A stretch of DNA of 64,000 bases from Klebsiella phage ZCKP1. A program made the position numbers and the translations under genes. The notes under the pieces are model-generated. The model was not told the DNA's origin, did no database searches, and saw only the letters and a list, made by a program, of their open reading frames with translations. The stretch is taken from sequence record MH252123.1; one strand, given 5' to 3'. Of this stretch, positions 52,935-62,131 are shown one piece after another (position 1 is the stretch's first letter; the number at the start of each line of letters is the position of its first letter).

Positions 52935-53234
52935 ATGAATCTGACTGAACAGTTACGCCGTATTGCAAAAGAAGCTTCCTTCAACTTCCCTGTTGAAGAA
53001 GTGATCGAGACTTGTTTTGCTGAAGCACGAGCGGGAAACTCTTCAAGGAATTTCACGCCATCCGATTTTGGTCTGGATAATTCCCCTAACCACCCAGGGG
53101 AAATCTACAATCAGGTGAAATGGATGGACGAAGCAGTAGCAATTCTTCGTGAGCGTGGGCTTGTTGTTTATAAAGAAATGGACCTAAACGGAGCATATGA
53201 GTGGATCACTGTTGATTGGTCAGAGGTGAAATAA
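52935..53234 (+). CDS. hypothetical protein, 99 aa
   Basis: RBS AAAGGAGAATAAG. Confidence 0.5.
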   Translation: MNLTEQLRRIAKEASFNFPVEEVIETCFAEARAGNSSRNFTPSDFGLDNSPNHPGEIYNQVKWMDEAVAILRERGLVVYKEMDLNGAYEWITVDWSEVK

Positions 53235-53446
53235 TGGCTGTTGAACGTTATGACATTGAAGAAACGAGCAAAAACCATTTTGCATCTTATCGTTGCATCG
53301 TAGAGGTTGACGAAGGGGATTATGTGTTGTATGATGATTACCAGAAGTTAGCCGAAGCCACCTCTTGGTTGGTTTCGATGCTGGATGTGGAGTGTGATCT
53401 TCCGCCTTCACTGAAAGAAGCACTTGAAGAGCTTGAAATTTTATAA
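53234..53446 (+). CDS. family-C paralog 2 (C-terminal LVSMLDVECDLPPSLKEALEELEIL), 70 aa
   Basis: start refined to the ATG overlapping the upstream stop. Confidence 0.45.
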   Translation: MAVERYDIEETSKNHFASYRCIVEVDEGDYVLYDDYQKLAEATSWLVSMLDVECDLPPSLKEALEELEIL

Positions 53447-53457
53447 GAGGAGATCGT

Positions 53458-53691
53458 ATGAAAGGTAACAAGATGAAAGTTAAGCAAGTGCCGAGCGCAT
53501 ACACTTTGTGGCTTGCGCGAGCGTTAAACCAGACGATCAAAGATCCTAAGAAGCCAATGAAGAGTGGGAAGAAGTTTATGTCTAAGGGCAAAACAACCTT
53601 TGGCTTCACTCGTATGTCTGTTAAGATGAAAAGACTGGGGTACAAGCCAAACTACGCTCGTTACCCTTCTGAATACAACTGGTTTGACTAA
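53458..53691 (+). CDS. hypothetical basic protein, 77 aa
   Basis: RBS AGAGGAGATCGT. Confidence 0.45.
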   Translation: MKGNKMKVKQVPSAYTLWLARALNQTIKDPKKPMKSGKKFMSKGKTTFGFTRMSVKMKRLGYKPNYARYPSEYNWFD

Positions 53692-53703
53692 AAGGAGAAA
53701 GCA

Positions 53704-54177
53704 ATGGCAGGTTTGAAACTGGAGATGTTGACAAAGCAAGAATTTGTTCCCGAACACGGTGAAACTTACATTGCTTTCTTGATTAGTGATTTTTATGGGG
53801 ATTTAGAGTATGTTGAACTGGAATGTGAGTTTCACTACCAAATGATCGACGCAGAAACTGGTTATTGTCTGGGTACGTCTGCGGTGTATAATGGTGATAA
53901 TGGCATTCCTTTTCATACCCCAATGAGGTACGAAGCGAAAAGCCGATTCAAACTTCTCACAGAAGAAGAAAAAGAGACATATAAATATCACGAAGAGGAG
54001 GATCAACGCTTCTGGTGGGAGAAAACTTGGTTCCTGTCTGATCGCCGTAATCTTCAGATTCATCCAGAAGAACTGGATGAAATGTCTATTGGCATTATGA
54101 AGAAGAAAGACTTCATGTACCAGGTGAGAGAAGCTAATAAGTTCCGTGTTGCAACTAAAGAGGAGAACAAAACATGA
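53704..54177 (+). CDS. hypothetical protein, 157 aa
   Basis: RBS AAAGGAGAAAGCA. Confidence 0.5.
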   Translation: MAGLKLEMLTKQEFVPEHGETYIAFLISDFYGDLEYVELECEFHYQMIDAETGYCLGTSAVYNGDNGIPFHTPMRYEAKSRFKLLTEEEKETYKYHEEEDQRFWWEKTWFLSDRRNLQIHPEELDEMSIGIMKKKDFMYQVREANKFRVATKEENKT

Positions 54178-54458
54178 AAACATCTATTCGCGTAAAACAT
54201 GATCCAAACAGCAGTTACCCATACGCGGATGTTGAACGTCATGAAGGAGACTATTACACCATAAAACGTAAAGTCCCAACTGATACAGGGTTTAACTTTG
54301 ATGTTATTGCACTGGATGATCAAGGTGTTGATAATCTGGTGAATGCATTACTCGCATTGAAGGAAGTACGATATGAAAATCAGACTAAAGGTAAAGTGGC
54401 TTTCGATTCTTGTGATCGTTTAGCCGAAGAGATTGCCGAATGGCGTGATACTCACTAA
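54174..54458 (+). CDS. hypothetical protein, 94 aa
   Basis: ATGA overlap. Confidence 0.5.
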   Translation: MKTSIRVKHDPNSSYPYADVERHEGDYYTIKRKVPTDTGFNFDVIALDDQGVDNLVNALLALKEVRYENQTKGKVAFDSCDRLAEEIAEWRDTH

Positions 54459-54473
54459 AACAGGAGAAAGATT

Positions 54474-54650
54474 ATGGCTACTTTTCAACAATTGAAAGAT
54501 GTTTCACGTTTAGTAAGAAAAATCCGAGAAGCAGACGCTGCTGTGCGGAATGCATTAACGCCAGCAGAGCGTGAAGATCTTGAAGAGGAGGTGAAAACAG
54601 CCGAGAATGCTTTTGCTGCGTATCTTTCAACATTGTATACAGGAGGTTAA
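54474..54650 (+). CDS. unlisted small ORF, 58 aa (MATFQQLKDVSRLVRKIREADAAV...)
   Basis: RBS CAGGAGAAAGATT; fills the gap between neighbouring genes. Confidence 0.4.
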   Translation: MATFQQLKDVSRLVRKIREADAAVRNALTPAEREDLEEEVKTAENAFAAYLSTLYTGG

Positions 54651-54965
54651 ATGTCAGAGGAACTTAAAGAATTTTATCAGGCATATCATAACTGGCTATT
54701 AGCTGGTGCTCCAGATAATAATCCTTTCTGGCATGATAAAGGATTATGTAGTTGCCTCTACCTTTGGACTGGTGGTTACGATGATCTAAATTATGAAATG
54801 CAAATGCAATTCCGTGAGGCAGGATTGTCTGAAGAATACCCGTTTGATGACGGAGACTGGTTTAAATATGATTTTGCACAAAGAAACGGGCTATTGCATT
54901 TGAATGCTGCCCGTATAAAATGGGTAAAAGATCATGCTACACAGGAGGATGTGCAATGCCAATAG
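54651..54965 (+). CDS. family-A paralog 3, 104 aa
   Basis: FYQAYHNWLLAG...KGLCSCLYLW...NAARIKWVKDHA; RBS AGGAGG. Confidence 0.55.
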   Translation: MSEELKEFYQAYHNWLLAGAPDNNPFWHDKGLCSCLYLWTGGYDDLNYEMQMQFREAGLSEEYPFDDGDWFKYDFAQRNGLLHLNAARIKWVKDHATQEDVQCQ

Positions 54966-55156
54966 TGTTTAGTTTCTTGGTAATTGTTATGGTTGTTCTT
55001 TTCGCGGCATGGCTTTGGGATTTTGACCCAGGAGCAGCGCAGCAAAGAGCTACAGACTGGAAAGAACAGTGTATTGTGCTCAAACATGAACGAAATGCGG
55101 AGAAATTTCTTGACCTGGAGTGTGATCGCCTTGTAAGATACAAGCAAGATAAATAA
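54956..55156 (+). CDS. small membrane protein, 66 aa
   Basis: start refined to the ATG after AGGAGGATGTGCA. Confidence 0.45.
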   Translation: MPIVFSFLVIVMVVLFAAWLWDFDPGAAQQRATDWKEQCIVLKHERNAEKFLDLECDRLVRYKQDK

Positions 55157-55158
55157 CC

Positions 55159-55359
55159 TTGAGGTGCAAAATGGTAATTGAGATTAAACTTGAATATGCT
55201 GGGGCTGTTGCCCTGATCGCACAAAGGCTTGGAGCAAAGATTGAAGAAGTGTATATCAATGCCTGGAGCGTAGAGATTGATGTTCCTATGGACAACATTG
55301 CTAATCGCTTGCTGGTGGCAGAGTGTGAACGCACCAACATAATCTACAAAGGAGCATAA
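55159..55359 (+). CDS. hypothetical protein, 66 aa
   Basis: RBS GAGGTGCAAA. Confidence 0.45.
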   Translation: MRCKMVIEIKLEYAGAVALIAQRLGAKIEEVYINAWSVEIDVPMDNIANRLLVAECERTNIIYKGA

Positions 55360-55360
55360 T

Positions 55361-55582
55361 ATGAAAATTAGAGTTTGTGATGTATTGGGTTATGTTGGTT
55401 TTGAGAATGTTCAGATTCCTTTTGTTGTTGAAGCACATCTTGTTAGTGATGATATGACAACATTCTTTGTTACGATAGAAGAAATGTCCAAAGTTGAGGG
55501 ATGGGAGTGGTTTGAAGAAGATGTTTGGGAAGGTTGTGATTACGTATTTTTCTCTGATGAAGTGAATGTTCTTTCGGAGTAG
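55361..55582 (+). CDS. family-B paralog 3, 73 aa
   Basis: MKIRVCDVLGYVGF...VEGWEWFEEDV. Confidence 0.5.
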   Translation: MKIRVCDVLGYVGFENVQIPFVVEAHLVSDDMTTFFVTIEEMSKVEGWEWFEEDVWEGCDYVFFSDEVNVLSE

Positions 55583-55584
55583 GT

Positions 55585-55791
55585 ATGTCTTGTTTTACAA
55601 AAGCAGTATCCATATGTAAGAAACAGTATGAAAGTGATTACGGAATATTTAATATTCCAGCGGATCATACGGAGTATTGTTCATGTGGTGGCAGAATGAA
55701 GAAAACAGTGATTTATGCGGATAATGAAGATGAACTTGTTCCGGTTATGGTTTGCAAAGCTTGTCATTCTGTTAAAACATTAAAAGCGTAA
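55585..55791 (+). CDS. small zinc-ribbon protein, 68 aa
   Basis: CSCGG...CKACH. Confidence 0.45.
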   Translation: MSCFTKAVSICKKQYESDYGIFNIPADHTEYCSCGGRMKKTVIYADNEDELVPVMVCKACHSVKTLKA

Positions 55792-55886
55792 GGAGTCGGG
55801 ACACCCGACGATTGGAGCTAAAAATTTTGCGTACAACCCTTTCCGCCCAACAGGGGCGCGTCGGGTAAATAAAGAGGAGAGTTTAT

Positions 55887-56285
55887 ATGAAAAAGATCAT
55901 CGTAGGTTTCTTGTTACTCATTGCATCACTTGGAACAGCAAATGCGTCTCAAGTTTATGAGTGTGTGTCAGATGTGGTTGTTAAAAATCTGAAAGGTGAA
56001 GTGATTTCTGGTCCTAAGAAAATGGCTTCTGTTGTCATTAATAAAGATAACTCCTTTATCCTTAAAAATTCAGGTGGTGCTTTGATGAGTGGCATTCTGC
56101 AATACACAGGAGAAAAAAGTAAAGATGGTAGTGCTATGTACGGTTCACAACAGTTTATTGGCACTACTGAAGTGGTAATGATGCGCACAGAATATCGAGA
56201 CACTTTGGCTTGGTTTGCATTTCTAAAAAATGATAAAACAATAACCAATGTTCTTACTCTAGAAGCTGATTGTACGCAACGATAA
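55887..56285 (+). CDS. exported protein with signal peptide, 132 aa
   Basis: MKKIIVGFLLLIASLGTANA; RBS AAAGAGGAGAG. Confidence 0.5.
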   Translation: MKKIIVGFLLLIASLGTANASQVYECVSDVVVKNLKGEVISGPKKMASVVINKDNSFILKNSGGALMSGILQYTGEKSKDGSAMYGSQQFIGTTEVVMMRTEYRDTLAWFAFLKNDKTITNVLTLEADCTQR

Positions 56286-56294
56286 GGGGGATTT

Positions 56295-56741
56295 ATGACT
56301 AAAGTGAGACATTATGCTGTAAACTGCAACGATGTTTGGCGTTTGTGTCCTGATGATCCGACAGAAGGCACATTTGTAAGATATGAGGATTATAAAGAGT
56401 TATCGGATGCTGTGATCGCATTGTTAACTGATATCCGATCACGTTATCCAGGACAAGATTTCACTTGCCCTCACATCAAACTTCTTGCTTGTCTGGTAGA
56501 AGGTGAGAAAGAAGTGGAAGATGGCTTCAAGCGTGTAGAGTATCAAGGTGAAACTTTAGAGGTTCCTGAATTTGTTAATTATATTGCAACAGATTCGAGT
56601 GGCGAGCGTTATGGCTACAGCCATAAGCCAGAGATTCCTGATTGGATTCCTGCTGGGGGATATTCCGTTAGTACCGGAGACTATATCTTCCTTGGTGTAG
56701 GTAGTAGTAAGGATTGGCGTTTCTCTTTGACAGAGGTTTAA
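56295..56741 (+). CDS. hypothetical protein, 148 aa
   Basis: RBS AAGGGGGATTT. Confidence 0.5.
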   Translation: MTKVRHYAVNCNDVWRLCPDDPTEGTFVRYEDYKELSDAVIALLTDIRSRYPGQDFTCPHIKLLACLVEGEKEVEDGFKRVEYQGETLEVPEFVNYIATDSSGERYGYSHKPEIPDWIPAGGYSVSTGDYIFLGVGSSKDWRFSLTEV

Positions 56742-56745
56742 TAAT

Positions 56746-57009
56746 ATGGAAGAAACATTGCCAGCAGCATATCGTTTGAATGATGAGCGTATTTGGGAGT
56801 GGACCGACGTTTCTTGTTTTTACCCTGAAATAGTTCAATATTGGCGAGCGAAAGGGTGTGTTGTAGTTATCAACCCTTGTGGACCAGTAGATGAAGATTG
56901 CTTGTATCTCAATGGGAAGTGGCACAGTTATTGTCGCTGGCCTTTTGAGTGGATGTGTAAAGAAGATCTCCCAGAGGGTTGGGAGTATCCAAAAGCAAAT
57001 AGGAGATAA
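56746..57009 (+). CDS. hypothetical protein, 87 aa
   Basis: ORF track. Confidence 0.45.
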   Translation: MEETLPAAYRLNDERIWEWTDVSCFYPEIVQYWRAKGCVVVINPCGPVDEDCLYLNGKWHSYCRWPFEWMCKEDLPEGWEYPKANRR

Positions 57010-57010
57010 T

Positions 57011-57373
57011 ATGTCTAAAGATTTTGTTGAAGTGTTTGTCAAAGACGAAGAAACTGGTTTAGGCACGGGTTTCATTTGTGAAGAAACTTTTAAGCGTGAA
57101 CAAGAAAAAGCTATTCTTATGTACCACTATGATCACGCATTAGAACAATGGAAAAATGCAGAACAAAGATGCAAAAACCTTTATGCAGAAAATAGAAAAC
57201 TACAAGATCAAATGGAGTTGTTAGCTATCAGTTTACGATCTCTCATTTTGGCTGTAGAAGATGGTTTTAAAAATCCAGATGGTTTTCCTGTGAGCGATAT
57301 TGAACATGATTTGTATCTTGCTCGTGGTGCTTACTTTTATGTTAAACAGAAGTCTGTAGAAGGAGAGAAATGA
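57011..57373 (+). CDS. hypothetical coiled-coil protein, 120 aa
   Basis: start refined to the ATG after ATAGGAGATAAT. Confidence 0.5.
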   Translation: MSKDFVEVFVKDEETGLGTGFICEETFKREQEKAILMYHYDHALEQWKNAEQRCKNLYAENRKLQDQMELLAISLRSLILAVEDGFKNPDGFPVSDIEHDLYLARGAYFYVKQKSVEGEK

Positions 57374-57546
57374 TGGAAGAAAAACTGGAACGTATTATCG
57401 AGTTAGCCATGTCTATCGGCTACGACGATTGTTTTCTCCAAACTATTGGAGAATCAGAGAAAGATTACGACTCTTGGGTGAAAGAGTTGGAAGAACTCAA
57501 AACTTCCTTGATTGCTGACTTTGCTGAAGCAGAGGAGGATGAATAA
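57370..57546 (+). CDS. unlisted small acidic ORF, 58 aa (MMEEKLERIIELAMSIGYDD...)
   Basis: ATGA overlap upstream, TAATG coupling downstream; RBS GGAGAGAA. Confidence 0.4.
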   Translation: MMEEKLERIIELAMSIGYDDCFLQTIGESEKDYDSWVKELEELKTSLIADFAEAEEDE

Positions 57547-57773
57547 TGTCGGATTATAACTGGTATGAACTTGAGGCTGTTTGTCAGTTTTATGACTCAA
57601 TAGTTCTGCGTGATCCAATCTGTCAAGAATTGAGTCGCCGTGCAAGTGCATTGGCAATCCGTGTTAAAATAAACAGTTGGGATGCAGATCTGGAAAAAGA
57701 ATTGGAATTCCTTTTGGAAACAACCCGTGTCTTCCGTAAAGTATTCCCTCAATGGTTTGAGATGGAGGAATAA
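57546..57773 (+). CDS. hypothetical protein, 75 aa
   Basis: RBS GAGGAGGATGAA. Confidence 0.5.
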   Translation: MSDYNWYELEAVCQFYDSIVLRDPICQELSRRASALAIRVKINSWDADLEKELEFLLETTRVFRKVFPQWFEMEE

Positions 57774-57775
57774 CC

Positions 57776-57991
57776 ATGTGGATTGTCCGTCTTAAATATG
57801 ATGGCCCAGGTTCTTGGGTGCATAACGTTTGTGGTTGTGATTCCGAAGAAGCAGCACACAAAGCAGGAAGAGCAGTAAGTGCGTTCTATAATGACAAACC
57901 TCTTTGTTTAGAGATGGCAGGTGTGGTGAGTATGAGCATGTTTGAATATTACTCCTACGATATTAAAAAACATGAAGGAGAGTGGAAATGA
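57776..57991 (+). CDS. hypothetical protein, 71 aa
   Basis: RBS GGAGGAATAACC. Confidence 0.45.
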   Translation: MWIVRLKYDGPGSWVHNVCGCDSEEAAHKAGRAVSAFYNDKPLCLEMAGVVSMSMFEYYSYDIKKHEGEWK

Positions 57992-58308
57992 GTGAAGAAC
58001 TTTTAACATTTTACCGCACGTATTTGGCATGGCTGGAAGCTGGTGCTCCTGAAGGGGAACCGTTCACCCGTTGCACAGGCTTGTGCTCGAACCTCTATGA
58101 TTTTTATGATATGGGGGAAAGCGAACGATACGAACCTGTACTGGATGAAATGCATGAGCAGTTCTACCACAAAGATTTGGTTATGGTGTTGCCTTTCAAT
58201 AGTAATTTTGGAAAGTACACCTTAGAAGCGGAAAAAAGCCGTTGTCATTTGAATGTGGATCGTGTGAACTGGGTAAAAGAACGTGTAGCAGAAGAAATAA
58301 TTGGTTGA
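57988..58308 (+). CDS. family-A paralog 4, 106 aa
   Basis: start refined to the ATG after GAAGGAGAGTGGAA; LTFYRTYLAWL...GLCSNLYDF...NVDRVNWVKERV. Confidence 0.55.
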   Translation: MSEELLTFYRTYLAWLEAGAPEGEPFTRCTGLCSNLYDFYDMGESERYEPVLDEMHEQFYHKDLVMVLPFNSNFGKYTLEAEKSRCHLNVDRVNWVKERVAEEIIG

Positions 58309-58362
58309 CAGAGGGATCTGTCTTTGTCATAATCATCTTATCGAAACAGAGAGGAGAAAATC

Positions 58363-58776
58363 ATGAAACAGTTTATCTGCACCCGTTCTACTAACAGTGA
58401 TATCCTTGTAGGCAAGGTTATCAAAGGAGAACTCTTCCACGCAAACGGTAAGAAATATATCTTGTTGAAAGATTCTTTCAACGGGGAGTATCCGCGCTGC
58501 ACTTTCTTCAATTACAACACTCCGTTTGCTTTAGAAGGAGATGCTTGGGAATGGGCTGAACTCAATCCTTGTTGTGAGGAAGAAGAATCTATGTTCTTAG
58601 GTTTAAACGTTTACCGTGTAGATTACACCATGTGCGGAGCGGAACATTCTATTCGCGTAGAAGCTGAATCCAAACTACAAGCACCTTTCAAGGCGGGGTT
58701 GACTTTGGGTCATTGTTTGGCAAACATTGAAGATGTTGTGATCCAAAGAGTTGTTTTAGAGAAAGAGGCTATTTGA
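58363..58776 (+). CDS. hypothetical protein, 137 aa
   Basis: RBS GAGAGGAGAAAATC. Confidence 0.5.
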   Translation: MKQFICTRSTNSDILVGKVIKGELFHANGKKYILLKDSFNGEYPRCTFFNYNTPFALEGDAWEWAELNPCCEEEESMFLGLNVYRVDYTMCGAEHSIRVEAESKLQAPFKAGLTLGHCLANIEDVVIQRVVLEKEAI

Positions 58777-58829
58777 TAGAAGACGGTGCAATATTTAAAA
58801 TATAAAGATTAACCACAAAGGAGATAGAT

Positions 58830-59129
58830 ATGCAAGTTGAAGACCTGATCAACATTCTGAATAAAGCCAAAGAGAAAGGGGCTATTAAGGACTGGAAACG
58901 TGAAACAAGTGAAGACCTATCTCACTGTTGCCGAGAATTTTACATCGAAGGTATTGCTGACGATCATTATATTATCGAATGGTATATCAACTTAATGACT
59001 CTTAAGCACGGTTCGTTTGAGGTTTGGTTTGATGACATTGATGTAAATGGTTTTCATCCTGGCTATAAAATTGCTATGCAGTTATCTTATCGTAGAGAAG
59101 TTGTAGCACATTTGGGTTTACATAACTAA
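58830..59129 (+). CDS. hypothetical protein, 99 aa
   Basis: RBS AAAGGAGATAGAT. Confidence 0.5.
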   Translation: MQVEDLINILNKAKEKGAIKDWKRETSEDLSHCCREFYIEGIADDHYIIEWYINLMTLKHGSFEVWFDDIDVNGFHPGYKIAMQLSYRREVVAHLGLHN

Positions 59130-59139
59130 GGAGAAAAGA

Positions 59140-59463
59140 ATGCAAGCAGTTGTTAACGAAGCTATTATGAACTTATCCTTCTTGTTAGCTGGTTTAGGAG
59201 GTGTTCTCATAGGTTTGGCTCTTATCTGGTGTATTCGTCGATTAATCGGGTACCGACAAAAAGGTGTTTCATGTTTTGTATCTTACAATTTTACAACTGC
59301 TTACAGCAATGAGGTTGGATCTGGTAATGCTCAAGCATTTTTACCAACATATCCTCCTACAGTAGAAGATATTCGAAACTTGGAAGTAGAACTTATGGGA
59401 CTAAGTGATAACTATACATCTCTAGTTATTCAAAATATTTTTCGACTAAAACAGGAGGCGTGA
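59140..59463 (+). CDS. membrane protein (one TM helix), 107 aa
   Basis: RBS AAGGAGAAAAGA. Confidence 0.5.
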   Translation: MQAVVNEAIMNLSFLLAGLGGVLIGLALIWCIRRLIGYRQKGVSCFVSYNFTTAYSNEVGSGNAQAFLPTYPPTVEDIRNLEVELMGLSDNYTSLVIQNIFRLKQEA

Positions 59464-59676
59464 ATGAAGGTACATTACCCTCATCCCTTTGATCCTAAAA
59501 ACAAAGCCGTAATTCTTCGTCAGTGGCAACGGGTTTGTCGTACTAAATGTCCAATCAATAGCCCACACAATGTAGACAAGGATTATCTTGGAACATTTGT
59601 TGAATACACTTACATAGATAAAAACAAGCGTAAACAACATGTCGAGGAATACTGCTTAAGAGTAGAATGGCTGTAA
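59464..59676 (+). CDS. hypothetical protein, 70 aa
   Basis: RBS CAGGAGGCGTGA; overlaps the upstream stop. Confidence 0.45.
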   Translation: MKVHYPHPFDPKNKAVILRQWQRVCRTKCPINSPHNVDKDYLGTFVEYTYIDKNKRKQHVEEYCLRVEWL

Positions 59677-59690
59677 ATAATAAATACCTT

Positions 59691-59725
59691 GACAAGTGTT
59701 TATTCGTTTTGTAAAGTGAGAATAC
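59691..59725 (+). promoter_or_regulatory. candidate sigma70-like promoter (TTGACA-N17-TAAAGT) upstream of the serine recombinase gene
   Basis: seen in sequence. Confidence 0.4.
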
Positions 59726-59746
59726 AGCAATGGTTTAGGAGTGGTT

Positions 59747-60418
59747 ATGAAAAAGTTTGTTGTTTACAGTCGTCTTTCTAAACAGAAAAAAGGTGAGGCA
59801 CAATATGGTATGGAGAGCCAAGAGAACGATATCCGTTACTTCTTAGACTCTGTGCCTGATGCTGAAGTTATTGGTCAATTTTCTGAATACTATTCGGGTA
59901 AGGGCGATTGGAAGCAACGTAAGGAACTGGTTAAAGCGGTTGAAATGTGTAAAGCTACCGGAGCAACTTTATTGGTAGCTAAAGTTGACCGCTTGGGTCG
60001 TAACAACGCCTCCGTAGCAACTCTTCTAGAAATGATCGATGTTAAGATAGCCATTATGCCAGACGCAGATAAAATGGTTATACAGCTTCTGTCTGTTCTG
60101 GCTGAACAAGAAGTTAGAGGTATTGCTGATCGTATTAAAAAGGGTCTTGCTGTAGCAAAAAGCAAAGGTGTTTTATTAGGCAGTGCTAATCCTAAAACTG
60201 CCGCTGCACGTAGAAAAGGAAAAATGGAATACAACTCTGTTAAAGCAGACGCTTTTGCAGAGACATTCCGTGAACGCTTGGAGATCCTTAGAGATTTAAA
60301 TACACCTTACAAAACTATTGCTGAAAAATTCAATAGTAAGAAAATAGCAACAGCACGTGGTGGTAAATGGGATGCTAAAACTGTTTCTCGTTTGTGTGCC
60401 AGACTGAACATTAAATAG
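59747..60418 (+). CDS. small serine recombinase (resolvase/invertase family) with C-terminal HTH
   Basis: start refined to the ATG after AGGAGTGGTT; catalytic Ser context VVYSRLSKQKKG, LLVAKVDRLGRN, C-terminal HTH TIAEKFNSKKIATARGGKW; its own sigma70-like promoter upstream. Confidence 0.7.
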   Translation: MKKFVVYSRLSKQKKGEAQYGMESQENDIRYFLDSVPDAEVIGQFSEYYSGKGDWKQRKELVKAVEMCKATGATLLVAKVDRLGRNNASVATLLEMIDVKIAIMPDADKMVIQLLSVLAEQEVRGIADRIKKGLAVAKSKGVLLGSANPKTAAARRKGKMEYNSVKADAFAETFRERLEILRDLNTPYKTIAEKFNSKKIATARGGKWDAKTVSRLCARLNIK

Positions 60419-60426
60419 GAGAGGAT

Positions 60427-60849
60427 ATGAAACAAGAAAATGAATCTGTAGATCACTTAATCATGCTGTCAGCCCTTTTTGCCGGATGGGACGTATTTTT
60501 TGAAAATTTGTTCAATTCTGCTACAGATGGTTCCGATTTTATGCGCCAGTTTAAACGACGAACTGTTGAGGACTATGCTTTCTATTCAGGTCGGATTGAA
60601 AAAGGTTACGAAGATACAAATACAACACTCACCATTAAAGTTTTAGATGTGATGTTTAGTGTTATAGATGCTATCGACGAAAGTCTTCCGATCCTAGACA
60701 ATTGTAATACGAAAGCCTATGTTTACAAAATAGCTCGTGCTTATGTGTCTGCAAACAGTTGTCTTCTTTCCACCCAGATTGCCGTGAACAATCTTGCCAA
60801 CTTGTTCGATGAAGGAGAAACTTTTTATGACAATCGATTTGAAGTGTAA
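60427..60849 (+). CDS. hypothetical protein, 140 aa
   Basis: RBS AGGAGAGGAT. Confidence 0.5.
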   Translation: MKQENESVDHLIMLSALFAGWDVFFENLFNSATDGSDFMRQFKRRTVEDYAFYSGRIEKGYEDTNTTLTIKVLDVMFSVIDAIDESLPILDNCNTKAYVYKIARAYVSANSCLLSTQIAVNNLANLFDEGETFYDNRFEV

Positions 60850-61192
60850 GAGGATTCTTTTAGATTTCTATAATAATTGGTTAGAACACCTCCGTCTCTT
60901 TCCAAGAGAAAGTGGTTACGCTGATGTTGGCTTATGCCGAGGTCTACGTATGTATATAAGTGATGAATTTCGGGCCGAGCATTCTTTAGCATATTCTGTT
61001 TATGGTATGCAATTAGCCAGTTTTGAAAACGCTGGCTTAGATACAACTTTCCCATTTAACACAGCAAAATCTTTTGAGCAAGAGTGTAAGGAAAAACGTT
61101 GCATGTTTAATGAAAAACGTGTACAGTGGGTTAAGGATCGAGTTAAACAACTGGAACAAGAGTTGGATTTCTTCTATGATGAGGCAGAATAA
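60827..61192 (+). CDS. family-A paralog 5, 121 aa
   Basis: start refined to the ATG after GAAGGAGAAACTTTTT; LDFYNNWLEHL...GLCRGLRMY...NEKRVQWVKDRVKQ. Confidence 0.5.
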   Translation: MTIDLKCKRILLDFYNNWLEHLRLFPRESGYADVGLCRGLRMYISDEFRAEHSLAYSVYGMQLASFENAGLDTTFPFNTAKSFEQECKEKRCMFNEKRVQWVKDRVKQLEQELDFFYDEAE

Positions 61193-61464
61193 TGGATAGA
61201 CAAACCTTAAAAACAATAGCAGATGCCACTAATTCCCCGTACTTTGAAAAAGTAAGTAAATTGGTAGCTCAAGCCGCAGAGGAAGGATATTATAACATAA
61301 ACATCCATAACCCAAGTCTTATACTAGAAATGCCAAGTGATAAGAAGATACAAGAGAGTATCTGTGAAGGTATTGTTAGTTACTGGCGCGAGCGTGGGTG
61401 TGGTGCAAACATGGCTTTAGACAGTGCAAACATTGTAAGATATATAAATATTTCTTGGGGGTGA
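61192..61464 (+). CDS. hypothetical protein, 90 aa
   Basis: TAATG coupling. Confidence 0.45.
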   Translation: MDRQTLKTIADATNSPYFEKVSKLVAQAAEEGYYNINIHNPSLILEMPSDKKIQESICEGIVSYWRERGCGANMALDSANIVRYINISWG

Positions 61465-61468
61465 TTTT

Positions 61469-62080
61469 ATGATTCAATGTACTCGTATCCAAATTACTTG
61501 GAGAGATGAACTTTACCATTTGGGACAATTTACTGTAGGGGAAACATACCCTGTCATTAAACATAATCCTAACATCGCAAACTTTGATAAGATGGTTCTT
61601 GTTGAGGACGATCTGGGTCAAACTTATTCTTTAGATCTAAAATATCCGTTTTCTTACGGCTACGATTGGATCGTTACTTTTGAAGACGTGGAGGAAAATA
61701 AAACAATGAACGAAAAAAATTCTTGGTATTATCGTTGTGAACTGCCGCCAGTAGGTGAAAAGGTTATCTTTGTTCCTGATTTGGAAAGATATTCTTGGGA
61801 CAGTTCTTATTCTGTTCCTAAAGAAGGCACCGAAGTTGAAGTTATTGCACATCGCACAACTTCGCATGGTAACGATGTAGCAGTTGTTTTCTGGGATGAT
61901 GAAGGCGCTGCTTGTGCAGGTGGCTTTGTTGCAGGTAATTTTGAACCCCTGCCAGATCCTTTGAAGGAGGCAATTTTAGGCGTAGCTTCTTTTGGACTCT
62001 CTTACACATCGGCACAAGAGATCGTAGAAGGTATTTTAAACGGTACCGTTCCAAACGAAATTTTTAAACAGATTAAATAA
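61469..62080 (+). CDS. hypothetical protein, 203 aa
   Basis: RBS GGGGGTGATTTT. Confidence 0.5.
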   Translation: MIQCTRIQITWRDELYHLGQFTVGETYPVIKHNPNIANFDKMVLVEDDLGQTYSLDLKYPFSYGYDWIVTFEDVEENKTMNEKNSWYYRCELPPVGEKVIFVPDLERYSWDSSYSVPKEGTEVEVIAHRTTSHGNDVAVVFWDDEGAACAGGFVAGNFEPLPDPLKEAILGVASFGLSYTSAQEIVEGILNGTVPNEIFKQIK

Positions 62081-62131
62081 TAGTTGCACCCCGTTCTGCG
62101 GGGTGTTATTGTATATGTAAAGGAGGCGCTA

